Virus record (IMG/VR): IMGVR_UViG_3300047312_000104
DNA length: 64,000 bases
DNA from: an uncultured virus (IMG/VR IMGVR_UViG_3300047312_000104)
Taxonomy: Duplodnaviria; Heunggongvirae; Uroviricota; Caudoviricetes
Reading direction: 5' to 3' (one strand)
In this document: positions 1-6,780 of the stretch, one piece after another
How the letters are laid out: the number at the start of each line of letters is the position of its first letter
Numbering within the stretch: the stretch's first letter is position 1
Position numbers and translations under genes: made by a program
Notes under the pieces: model-generated
Seen by the model: the letters and a program-made list of their open reading frames with translations, nothing else
Database searches by the model: none
Told to the model about the DNA's origin: nothing

Positions 1-57
1 AGCTTCGACTGTTGGATCATCCGGATGTGCTGGATTGGGTCAAACCCGAGAGGATCC

Positions 58-666
58 TTAGACATCCCGGGGGTCTTTGTGGTTGGCGGCGTAGCGGATG
101 ACATCTTTCTCTGATGTCAGGATATGTGATACATCGACTTGACCGTTTGGAGCCTGGGCCGGAGTCGTGATGGACTCGTCGTTACGTACCATGGTTATAT
201 CACCATTCGCCCCAACCCGAAGCTTCTGGACCGGTATCGTGACGCCTACGCTCGCGTTAATCGAGTCGGCCAACGGGACAGGATACATGATGCAAGGCGA
301 CACGTTACGGTCGTGCAGGTTAACGGTGTCGCCCGGGTAACCGATGATCTCGGTAGGGATTCGACGGGCTTTGGACTTGGATCCAGAATCGTTGAAGTGA
401 CTCGGGGTTCCGCCGGTTTCTAGGGCCTTGGCCCGCATAACCTTGTGGTAGTCATAGCCTGGACGCCAGGCCGAGAAGGCCTCTTGGAACTCTCTCTTGG
501 CATCGAAAGCTTTCTGAGCGTCGTCGACCGCCGTTTTAGCTTTAGCCGCGGCCTTCTCGTCTGCCGCCTGTTTTAAGTAAATGACGATAATCGGCCAGCC
601 GAGGATCGCGGCCGAGAAGACTATGGTGGGGACGACGACCCACATGAACCAAGAGAGGGTAAACAT
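58..666 (-). CDS. hypothetical protein with N-terminal transmembrane helix
   Basis: 202-aa ORF, hydrophobic N-terminus, 1 nt from upstream ORF. Confidence 0.7.
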   Translation of the reverse strand: MFTLSWFMWVVVPTIVFSAAILGWPIIVIYLKQAADEKAAAKAKTAVDDAQKAFDAKREFQEAFSAWRPGYDYHKVMRAKALETGGTPSHFNDSGSKSKARRIPTEIIGYPGDTVNLHDRNVSPCIMYPVPLADSINASVGVTIPVQKLRVGANGDITMVRNDESITTPAQAPNGQVDVSHILTSEKDVIRYAANHKDPRDV

Positions 667-667
667 A

Positions 668-919
668 TTAGGCCTTCACTGTGAGGAGTTCTTTGAAGAT
701 ACGCTTGAGCCGGCCAGGCCCATCATACGGGCCATGGTACGAAACTGTCCAGGAGGCAACGTCGTCACGACCAGCAACGGTTGACCGGTACTGGGACCCA
801 AGGGGAGTCGGGTGAGCGCGAAACAGGGCGCCGCAGATGTGGCGTGTAAGCCACCAGAGGACCTGACCGAGCAGGAGCCCTAGACCCAAGTTAAGGATAA
901 AGGTTAGGTGGAAGTCCAA
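668..919 (-). CDS. small membrane protein
   Basis: hydrophobic N-terminus; AAGGGGACCC just before TTG start. Confidence 0.6.
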   Translation of the reverse strand: MDFHLTFILNLGLGLLLGQVLWWLTRHICGALFRAHPTPLGSQYRSTVAGRDDVASWTVSYHGPYDGPGRLKRIFKELLTVKA

Positions 920-939
920 GGGGTCCCCTTATGGGCTAC

Positions 940-966
940 AGGATAAGGGGATTAACTGTGAGTCAA
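940..966 (-). promoter_or_regulatory. putative promoter TTGACT-N15-TATCCT
   Basis: recurrent motif with fixed 15-nt spacer, just after the last tRNA. Confidence 0.55.
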
Positions 967-970
967 GAGA

Positions 971-1045
971 TGGTTCACGAGCAGGGATTCAAACCCCGGT
1001 TCATCGCTTCAAAGGCGACAGTCTTATCAATTAGACGACTCGTGA
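971..1045 (-). tRNA. tRNA-Gln(TTG)
   Basis: cloverleaf, anticodon arm GTCGC-CTTTGAA-GCGAT, CCA encoded. Confidence 0.9.
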
Positions 1046-1049
1046 GTGA

Positions 1050-1126
1050 TGGTTGCCCCAGGAGGTCTCGAACCTCCATCACCGGCTTCAGAGACCGGGG
1101 TTATTACCTGGTTAAACTACAGGGCA
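1050..1126 (-). tRNA. tRNA-Gln(CTG)
   Basis: CCGGT-CTCTGAA-GCCGG, TTCGAGA T-loop, CCA. Confidence 0.92.
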
Positions 1127-1131
1127 TCGAA

Positions 1132-1208
1132 TGGTGGGGGCGGTGGGATTTGCACCCACAGGGAAGATGCGTTTAAGGCATCCACGTCTGCTGTTCCGTC
1201 ACACCCCT
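1132..1208 (-). tRNA. tRNA-Leu(TAA), short variable loop
   Basis: GATGC-CTTAAAC-GCATC, A73, CCA. Confidence 0.88.
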
Positions 1209-1211
1209 AGA

Positions 1212-1287
1212 TGGTCCCCCTCCCCGGATTTGAACCGGGATCAGACTGTTTTTGAAACAGCCGCCTCTGCCGTTGGGCTAGAAGGGG
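1212..1287 (-). tRNA. tRNA-Leu(CAA), short variable loop
   Basis: GCTGT-TTCAAAA-ACAGT, A73, CCA. Confidence 0.9.
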
Positions 1288-1288
1288 A

Positions 1289-1364
1289 TGGTACCGATCC
1301 TGGGGGTTGCACCCAGACTTTGTAGTCTCTCAAACTACTGCCTCTGCTATTGGGCTAGACCGGT
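1289..1364 (-). tRNA. tRNA-Leu(GAG), short variable loop
   Basis: GTAGT-TTGAGAG-ACTAC, A73, CCA. Confidence 0.9.
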
Positions 1365-1367
1365 AAG

Positions 1368-1443
1368 TGGTACCGAGAGAGGGATTTGCACCCACACTGA
1401 ACTGGTTCTAAGCCAGCTGCCTCTGCTGTTGGGCTATCTCGGC
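1368..1443 (-). tRNA. tRNA-Leu(TAG), short variable loop
   Basis: GCTGG-CTTAGAA-CCAGT, A73, CCA. Confidence 0.9.
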
Positions 1444-1478
1444 GTGATTACTGTATTGATGTCAAAGATCTATAAAAC

Positions 1479-1508
1479 ACAAAAACCCGACCTTTCGGCC
1501 GGGTTTTT
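1479..1508 (-). terminator. intrinsic terminator of attenuator A
   Basis: minus strand AAAAACCCGGCC-GAAA-GGTCGGGTTTTT: GC stem, GNRA loop, U-tract, just upstream of the Leu/Gln tRNAs. Confidence 0.85.
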
Positions 1509-1549
1509 GGGTTCACCTTTACGGTGTTTTCGGTCTAGGCGACCATCCC

Positions 1550-1615
1550 TTAACCACGGCCATGAGGCTGAGGTAACTGTTGGAGCAACAGGAGGAGGGA
1601 CAGGGTGGTACGCAT
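1550..1615 (-). CDS. Leu/Gln-rich leader peptide MRTTLSLLLLLQQLPQPHGRG (attenuator A)
   Basis: ATG CGT ACC ACC CTG TCC CTC CTC CTG TTG CTC CAA CAG TTA CCT CAG CCT CAT GGC CGT GGT TAA; not in ORF track (too short); last codons complementary to terminator 5' arm. Confidence 0.85.
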   Translation of the reverse strand: MRTTLSLLLLLQQLPQPHGRG

Positions 1616-1625
1616 GACGACTCTA

Positions 1626-1653
1626 AGGATAAACCATAGGGGATCTGATGCAA
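1626..1653 (-). promoter_or_regulatory. putative promoter of leader A (TTGCAT-N16-TATCCT), overlapped by inverted repeat CATAGGGG...CCCCTATG
   Basis: -10 ends 10 nt before leader ATG. Confidence 0.5.
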
Positions 1654-1663
1654 GCCCCTATGT

Positions 1664-1677
1664 GGTAGATATCTCAA
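1664..1677. repeat. 14-bp inverted repeat, partner at 7647-7660
   Basis: GGTAGATATCTCAA is the exact reverse complement of TTGAGATATCTACC. Confidence 0.85.
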
Positions 1678-1679
1678 GA

Positions 1680-1758
1680 TGGTCCAAGTGGGAGGGCTGT
1701 TCACCTCCTAGCTCCGCGTTAAAAGCACGGCCCCTCGCCTCATTCGGGTTTCACTTGG
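1680..1758 (-). tRNA. tRNA-Lys(TTT), atypical (A8, 8-nt T-loop)
   Basis: acceptor CCAAGTG/CACTTGG, CCGTG-CTTTTAA-CGCGG, CCA. Confidence 0.8.
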
Positions 1759-2147
1759 TTAAGTTTTTTCTTACGTCTTAGATCTCGTTGATATGCATTA
1801 TTAGCCTCGCGGCATACGTCGCAGCGGCAATAGTGTCGGTAACTGGATTTGGTGCCGTGTAGTCCTTTCGTAGGCGACTGCCCGAGATCAACGATGGTTT
1901 TAGCAGTATGACAAGTTTGACAGAGAATTTGACACTTAATGAGCTCAGCCTCAAACCTGGCCTTGGAAACGCTCCACTTATTGCCCAATCCAAAAAGTTT
2001 GGTACTAGGGTCAACGTGGTCCAATTGTAAGTCGCGTGTGCTACTACATTTAATGCACTTACCGCCTAGTCTAATTATGGCGTCAGCCATGCGAGCGCGA
2101 TAACGCTTCAGCATGTACGTACGCATATATTCGGCTGAATTCGACAT
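1740..2147 (-). CDS. HNH endonuclease
   Basis: CxxC...LQLDHVDP...CQILCQTCH motif; AT-richer than flanks; start taken at MSNSAEY because longer ORF overlaps tRNAs. Confidence 0.85.
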   Translation of the reverse strand: MSNSAEYMRTYMLKRYRARMADAIIRLGGKCIKCSSTRDLQLDHVDPSTKLFGLGNKWSVSKARFEAELIKCQILCQTCHTAKTIVDLGQSPTKGLHGTKSSYRHYCRCDVCREANNAYQRDLRRKKKLNQVKPE

Positions 2148-2189
2148 GGATTTGATCATGAAGACATAACAGCTAGTGCAATAGACAAA

Positions 2190-2264
2190 TGGGTTCATAG
2201 ACGGGAATCGCACCCGCGTTACCTGCGCCACAAGCAAGTGTCCTGCTATTGAACGACTATGAAC
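2190..2264 (-). tRNA. tRNA-His(GTG)
   Basis: CTTGC-TTGTGGC-GCAGG, encoded G-1 pairing with C73, CCA. Confidence 0.92.
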
Positions 2265-2271
2265 ATGAAAA

Positions 2272-2343
2272 TGGCCCGGGGCCAGGGGATTGAACCCTGC
2301 AAGCTCGGTTTTGGAGGCCAAGCACCGCCCTAGCGGGCCCCAG
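2272..2343 (-). tRNA. tRNA-Trp(CCA), reduced D-arm
   Basis: loop CTCCAAA, G73, TTCAATC T-loop, CCA. Confidence 0.8.
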
Positions 2344-2349
2344 ATGAAA

Positions 2350-2424
2350 TGGTCCGAACACTAGGGGTTGCACCTAGCTCGCACAGATTTATCAGACCTG
2401 GCGCGACAACTGGTCGATGTTCGG
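2350..2424 (-). tRNA. tRNA-Ile(GAT), reduced D-arm
   Basis: CAGGT-CTGATAA-ATCTG, 1-nt connector, CGAC-CAGTT-GTCG D-arm, CCA. Confidence 0.85.
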
Positions 2425-2712
2425 TTATGTGCGCTTGATGAAGCGCGGGTCCTTCTGAAATTCTTTGTAGGTGATCCGGGTGTTGGGTTTGGCCCCACAG
2501 CCTGTGATCAGCGACGAGCCGCTAGACAGCGACACGAAGTCGATTCCGCGCCGACCGTGCCTGCCGGTGAACTCCTTGTATCGTAACACCGCGCAGCCTG
2601 ACCCATCACAACGAATGCATACGACCGCGTTCCCATCCCCCTCGCACATCCCGCTATAGAGCCCCGTACCCCCGCACTCACCACACTCGGTGTCGATCTG
2701 CTTGGTAGCCAC
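2425..2712 (-). CDS. DnaJ-type CxxCxGxG zinc-finger protein
   Basis: CGECGGTG and CIRCDGSG. Confidence 0.75.
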   Translation of the reverse strand: MATKQIDTECGECGGTGLYSGMCEGDGNAVVCIRCDGSGCAVLRYKEFTGRHGRRGIDFVSLSSGSSLITGCGAKPNTRITYKEFQKDPRFIKRT

Positions 2713-2713
2713 G

Positions 2714-2980
2714 TTAGGGTCCGTTCTTGAGCCAGTTTTGATACTCGGGCCGTGCTTCGATTTCCTTGCACGCTTCCTTGAACCGGAACTGGATGTGGTC
2801 GTAGAGGGAGAAGTGGTGGGCGGAAGCTTCGAGGAGGAGACGGTCCACTGCCAACATGTGGATCAGGGGTCCACATGAGATGCTGAAGACAACCTGCTGA
2901 TCCTGGATGACCGGAGTAGGGTCGTCGTAGTCATCCCGGCAGAGATGTAGTTTGGGGGCCGTGTCGGGAGTTTCGGACAT
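2714..2980 (-). CDS. hypothetical protein
   Basis: ORF abutting next gene; ATG start MSETPD. Confidence 0.6.
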   Translation of the reverse strand: MSETPDTAPKLHLCRDDYDDPTPVIQDQQVVFSISCGPLIHMLAVDRLLLEASAHHFSLYDHIQFRFKEACKEIEARPEYQNWLKNGP

Positions 2981-3014
2981 GCCCACATGCTCTATGGCGG
3001 GAAAGGATGTCAAG

Positions 3015-3088
3015 TGGTGCTCATGCGAGGAATCGCACCTCGATCACACCCATACCAGGGGCGTGTACTTCTGTTGTACTACACGAGC
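3015..3088 (-). tRNA. tRNA-Thr(GGT)
   Basis: CGCCC-CTGGTAT-GGGTG, CCA. Confidence 0.9.
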
Positions 3089-3094
3089 GTAAAA

Positions 3095-3165
3095 TGGTGC
3101 CCCCAGGAGGACTTTACCTCCGTCGCAGCGGTACAAAGGCTGCATCCTAGCTAGACGATAGGGGC
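3095..3165 (-). tRNA. tRNA-Thr(TGT), short D-loop
   Basis: loop TTTGTAC (C-C mismatch at base), T-loop TAAAGTC, CCA. Confidence 0.8.
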
Positions 3166-3172
3166 GTAAGAA

Positions 3173-4015
3173 TCAGATGACTGGAAGAAGGCTACCGCAT
3201 TCGTGACAGAACTTGGCGTCCTTGGCCAGCTTAGTCCCGCACCCATGACAGTACTGGACCTTGGCCGCAACCTTAGGCTCCTCGCCGGTCTTGGGGGCGT
3301 GGACGGTAAACCGGAACTCAGAATACTGATCATCCCCGGCCCAGGTGGTGGTCCCAAAGGTCTGGTTCGAGTTAGCGCCCCCGACCGTGGCCCCCTTGAG
3401 CCCGTCTGAGATCGCTGCCTCAGGGGCCAGACCCCTGGTGGGGCTGCAACTCTCGACACAACAGTCGAGGGTCGTGTGGGACATGTTGCTCATCCCATAT
3501 GTGGTGGGCGGCATCGGGGTGCTGGACCCGAGAGTAATCTGGTGGTCCCACCACGGGTGGGTGGGCCAGGATGGATAGGCTGGATTATAGGGCCAGGACG
3601 ATGGGCGGTACGGAGGGTACTGGTCGCAGATCTTCTTCCACTCGTCGATCTTGGGCGTGTCCTTCTCGGTCCACACTTTGACCACAATATGGCCATTGTC
3701 GGGCGACCCAGGATCCTGGACGGCCCCGTGGTCCTTCTTGACGAACTTGAACCGTTCCGACGACTGGATGAACCGTTCGAGGGTATCCGTTGGACCCGAG
3801 AAGATCAATTCCCCGATCGAGCTCCCATCGATCCAAAATTGGACCCGGCGGCGCTTCCCGTCAGTGGTCTTGATCCGGAAGCTATACTCGGTCCCGAACG
3901 GAATGGGGACCCTTGAGCGGCTTACATCACCCTCACGAGCGTGCTCGTATTCCCGGAAGGTCTTCCCGGTATTGGTGTCTTGAAGCGTAATAACGCAATT
4001 GCTGTAATGCATCAT
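3173..4015 (-). CDS. protein with C-terminal zinc ribbon
   Basis: 280 aa, ends YCHGCG...FCHECG; AAGGGGG RBS. Confidence 0.8.
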   Translation of the reverse strand: MMHYSNCVITLQDTNTGKTFREYEHAREGDVSRSRVPIPFGTEYSFRIKTTDGKRRRVQFWIDGSSIGELIFSGPTDTLERFIQSSERFKFVKKDHGAVQDPGSPDNGHIVVKVWTEKDTPKIDEWKKICDQYPPYRPSSWPYNPAYPSWPTHPWWDHQITLGSSTPMPPTTYGMSNMSHTTLDCCVESCSPTRGLAPEAAISDGLKGATVGGANSNQTFGTTTWAGDDQYSEFRFTVHAPKTGEEPKVAAKVQYCHGCGTKLAKDAKFCHECGSLLPVI

Positions 4016-4110
4016 TGGTTCCCCTTTTTAATCCGACCAGCGGCGGATGGTTTAGCTGGTAAGGAAATGGTGCGCCTTGAGTCTGACAAAAACTAACTAG
4101 GAGTCAATAG

Positions 4111-4185
4111 TGGAGTCGGTAGGGGGAATTGCACCCCCATCATCTGCTTGGAAGGCAGTCATTCTAGCTGTTGAACTATACCGAC
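4111..4185 (-). tRNA. tRNA-Gly(TCC)
   Basis: loop CTTCCAA, U73, CCA. Confidence 0.92.
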
Positions 4186-4192
4186 ATGTTGA

Positions 4193-4268
4193 TGGTGCCG
4201 TCGAGAGGAATTGCACCCCCGGTCTGCTCGATACGAATGAGCTGCTTTGCTGTCTAAGCTACAACGGC
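4193..4268 (-). tRNA. tRNA-Thr(CGT)
   Basis: loop TTCGTAT, CCA. Confidence 0.9.
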
Positions 4269-4273
4269 AGGAA

Positions 4274-4347
4274 TGGTCTGAACCCTAGGAGTTGGACCTA
4301 GCGAGAGCGCTTTATAAGAACGCCATGGCCGACCGGGCCAGATTCAG
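4274..4347 (-). tRNA. tRNA-Ile(TAT), reduced D-arm
   Basis: GCGTT-CTTATAA-AGCGC, GGCC-CGGTC-GGCC D-arm, CCA. Confidence 0.82.
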
Positions 4348-4350
4348 AGA

Positions 4351-4422
4351 TGGTCGCCAGAGGTGGAATTGCGCCACCCAACATGAGCTTATGAAACTCA
4401 GTTACCCCTTGGGTGTCTGGCG
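4351..4422 (-). tRNA. tRNA(CAT), Ile2 or elongator Met, reduced D-arm
   Basis: TGAGT-TTCATAA-GCTCA; same architecture as the two Ile tRNAs. Confidence 0.8.
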
Positions 4423-4423
4423 A

Positions 4424-4498
4424 TGGCCTCGTGGGACGGACTTGCACCGTCGTCGCGGCCTTCGGAGAGCCGTGTCCTATCTGTTAGACGACCACGAG
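4424..4498 (-). tRNA. tRNA-Arg(CCG)
   Basis: CGGCT-CTCCGAA-GGCCG, CCA. Confidence 0.92.
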
Positions 4499-4501
4499 AA
4501 A

Positions 4502-4575
4502 TGGAACGGACAGACGGGGTTGCGCCGTCGTACTCTCGTTGGCAACGAGACGCTCTACTGTTGAGCTATGTCCGC
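4502..4575 (-). tRNA. tRNA-Gly(GCC)
   Basis: TCTCG-TTGCCAA-CGAGA, U73, CCA. Confidence 0.92.
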
Positions 4576-4580
4576 ATGAA

Positions 4581-4657
4581 TGGTCCGCCGTGAAGGACTT
4601 GCGCCTTCATCCTTCGGGTAAGAACCGAATGCCTCTATCTGTTTAGGCCTACGGCGG
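4581..4657 (-). tRNA. tRNA-Lys(CTT)
   Basis: TTCGG-TTCTTAC-CCGAA, A8, CCA. Confidence 0.88.
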
Positions 4658-4663
4658 AGAAGA

Positions 4664-4744
4664 TGGACATGCCCGGGTGAATTTCACACCTGACTGGCCC
4701 GGTTGCAACGGGTCACCCGAATTTCGAGTTTAGGTTCGAGCATG
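4664..4744 (-). tRNA. tRNA-Cys(GCA), atypical 8/4 fold
   Basis: loop TTGCAAC, U73-CCA, 8-bp acceptor, 4-bp T-stem. Confidence 0.7.
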
Positions 4745-4754
4745 TTAAACTGGT

Positions 4755-5102
4755 TCAAAAAAGAAGCCAAAGGGTCGGGCAATCGGCTGGGTCCTCTGAG
4801 ATCTTTTGGGTGAGCTCTTCACGGATCTTGAGCAACTCCTTGGTCCAATCCCATGGGAAGGCGGGGCTGGGGTCCATCTTGTGAGCCAAAGGGATCTCCT
4901 TCAGCTCGTTCATGGTGAGGTGCCAACAGGTGATCAGGTACTGCCTCGTCTGGGCAGCACACTGGACCTTGTTGGTTTCACCCAAGATGTGAGGGGAGCC
5001 GAGGGTCTGCTTGTCCAACCTCTGGGCTGCCGAGAGCTCGCGGAGTTTGGCCCGGCAGTACTGGATATGGAGGCCTGTGATGGGATTACGGGTTGGGAGC
5101 AT
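4755..5102 (-). CDS. hypothetical protein
   Basis: ATG start MLPTRNP overlapping end of Pth2-like gene. Confidence 0.6.
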   Translation of the reverse strand: MLPTRNPITGLHIQYCRAKLRELSAAQRLDKQTLGSPHILGETNKVQCAAQTRQYLITCWHLTMNELKEIPLAHKMDPSPAFPWDWTKELLKIREELTQKISEDPADCPTLWLLF

Positions 5103-5451
5103 TTGGTGTCCACAATCTATGGTGTCTAAAGAGGCGCCTCGCGGCGCCGGTGATGGGAGCGGTCGCGAAGGCAGTCGCCTGATTTCCGATGTCAGGCTCA
5201 CGGAACAATATGTAGGGGATCTGGGCGGCGTCAAGCCGAGCGGCTTCATCGAGTAGCTGCTGTTCAGAAACAACACCACAGACCACTAATGCACTAGGGT
5301 CCGCGGGGGAGCATTGGGGGCCAGGTACCAGGCCTTTAGAAAGATGAATGCCAGCCTCGTGGGTGGCGTGAGCGGCTTGCACCAGCTGTTGTGCGATAGA
5401 CAGATCTTGTCTGACCAGCACGTAGACGTATAGAGTTTCCTAAGCCTTCAT
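5086..5451 (-). CDS. peptidyl-tRNA hydrolase type 2 (Pth2)-like protein with in-frame TAG at codon 4
   Basis: LYVYVLVRQDL...QLVQAAHA...FREPD...TAFATAP resembles PTH2 family; ATG AAG GCT TAG GAA ACT CTA TAC GTC TAC GTG CTG in frame. Confidence 0.8.
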
Positions 5452-6209
5452 GGTTGCATCCTGATCAGGCGGGCAGGCGCCGTCAAGTACTTACTAGTTG
5501 CCGGGCTGTGCCAGTCGCACCCGGCCAAACGCCGACGCTCTAAAGCTATGTCGTTGTCTATGTTGCGGTATGCGGGGCTGCTCAATAATGTTTCGACGAA
5601 GTTAAACAAGCCAGCCTCCCGTAGTACTGACTTATCGTATTCCGAAAACGCAATCCCAGATCCGGCCGTGTTGAAACGAGGCCTCAGGGCATGAATAAGC
5701 GCCGATTCAATCATACTCATTGTGTGTTCTTGAACTTCGAAATAGAAGACAAACTCCGGCGTAAGTCTTTGAGACTTAGTTTTGATAGCTCCACGGTGAC
5801 CTCGTTGGCGATCTCCTATACTGGTCGTTTTACCTATGTAAGTAATCTCGTTACTATTTATATGGAAATATATGCAAGCAAAAGATCTATAAAGAACATG
5901 CTCACGAACTCTGTCAGCTATGGTCTCAAGACAAGCCGGCACTGGTGGCGTGGCACCCAGATTACGAAGACACGGTATAGGCCACACGTGCCCCCAGGCT
6001 TGATATGTCTTACTCCAAATATCTAACTCTTTTTTAACGTATCGGATACGTCTAGTGCCACCCTTCGTTAATTGAATACTTATAGTAGGTAACCAGTTTT
6101 GACGAGAAAATAAAGAAAATCGCTCAATAGGCATATGTAAATAATCAGCAGCCTGCTCCGCGGTAAGAAGTTGGCCGGACTTCATTAATTTACTATACTT
6201 AGGCAACAT
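5448..6209 (-). CDS. HTH + GIY-YIG-like protein, probable homing endonuclease
   Basis: LLTAEQAADYL excisionase-type HTH; CIYF...YIGKT...R...H...E...FN; AT-rich. Confidence 0.75.
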   Translation of the reverse strand: MLPKYSKLMKSGQLLTAEQAADYLHMPIERFSLFSRQNWLPTISIQLTKGGTRRIRYVKKELDIWSKTYQAWGHVWPIPCLRNLGATPPVPACLETIADRVREHVLYRSFACIYFHINSNEITYIGKTTSIGDRQRGHRGAIKTKSQRLTPEFVFYFEVQEHTMSMIESALIHALRPRFNTAGSGIAFSEYDKSVLREAGLFNFVETLLSSPAYRNIDNDIALERRRLAGCDWHSPATSKYLTAPARLIRMQP

Positions 6210-6226
6210 TAAGCAACCCTTTGAAG

Positions 6227-6299
6227 CGTCTCCGACAGGAGTCGAACCTGCCTAGGGGAGTTTAGAATTCCCTGCCTCATGCCGATCAGCCACGGAGAC
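6227..6299 (-). tRNA. amber suppressor tRNA(CTA), CCA not encoded
   Basis: acceptor GTCTCCG/CGGAGAC-G73, GGGAA-TTCTAAA-CTCCC, T-arm GCAGG-TTCGACT-CCTGT. Confidence 0.85.
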
Positions 6300-6309
6300 A
6301 TGGGTGCCA

Positions 6310-6336
6310 ATCGTAGCCGTGAAGCGGGGAAGTCAA
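6310..6336 (-). promoter_or_regulatory. putative promoter TTGACT-N15-TACGAT for suppressor tRNA unit
   Basis: recurrent motif, 10 nt upstream of tRNA(CTA). Confidence 0.55.
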
Positions 6337-6338
6337 GA

Positions 6339-6415
6339 TGGTCTAGGTGAGAGGATTTGCACCTCCGACATCACGGTCCCAAACCGTGCGCTCTGCTAAA
6401 CTGAGCTACACCCAG
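6339..6415 (-). tRNA. tRNA-Pro(TGG)
   Basis: CACGG-TTTGGGA-CCGTG, CCA. Confidence 0.92.
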
Positions 6416-6422
6416 ATGAAAA

Positions 6423-6496
6423 TGGCGCCCCCACCCGGTGATGCTCCGGGCTTTCCTGATCGACAATCAGGCGTTCTGCTGATGAACCATGAAGGC
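6423..6496 (-). tRNA. tRNA-Asp(GTC)
   Basis: CCTGA-TTGTCGA-TCAGG, G73, CCA. Confidence 0.88.
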
Positions 6497-6500
6497 AAAA

Positions 6501-6575
6501 TGGTGGACCCGGGGAGACTTAAACTCCCAACTTCCTCGGTGCAAGCGAGGCATTCTATATTGGAATTACAGGCCC
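6501..6575 (-). tRNA. tRNA-Ala(TGC)
   Basis: loop CTTGCAC, G3-U70, CCA. Confidence 0.92.
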
Positions 6576-6577
6576 AA

Positions 6578-6694
6578 AACCACGCTTTCTACCCAGGCTA
6601 CTAGACTGGCTCTAAGGCCAGCGGGCGCGTGAACCCGATCGCTGCTGCCAAACTCTTCATCCATTGTAAATGAAGTGGCGGACAAGGCAGCGAA
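6578..6694 (-). ncRNA. unassigned structured RNA between tRNA-Met and tRNA-Ala
   Basis: long hairpin TCGCTGC..GCCA-CTTCAT..ATGAAG..TGGC-A-GCAGCGA plus CACGC/GCGTG-closed domain. Confidence 0.35.
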
Positions 6695-6696
6695 GA

Positions 6697-6773
6697 TGGT
6701 TGCGTGAGGCTGGACTTGCACCAGCGTTTTCGAGCTTATGAGACTCGCGAGATGGCTACTTCTCTACTCCGCA
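6697..6773 (-). tRNA. tRNA-Met(CAT), initiator-like
   Basis: CGAGT-CTCATAA-GCTCG, A11-U24, bulged acceptor, CCA. Confidence 0.82.
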
Positions 6774-6780
6774 GTGAAAA

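Noticed and set aside
1519..1704. 61-aa ORF over attenuator A
   Set aside because: It starts inside tRNA-Lys and crosses the promoter; the 21-aa frame explains the region better.
6227..6299. tRNA(CTA) as tRNA-Pyl
   Set aside because: It has a standard 2-nt connector, full D-loop and TTC T-loop, and no pyl genes are seen in the window.
6578..6635. Hammerhead ribozyme
   Set aside because: GAAA and a closing stem are present but there is no CUGANGA core.
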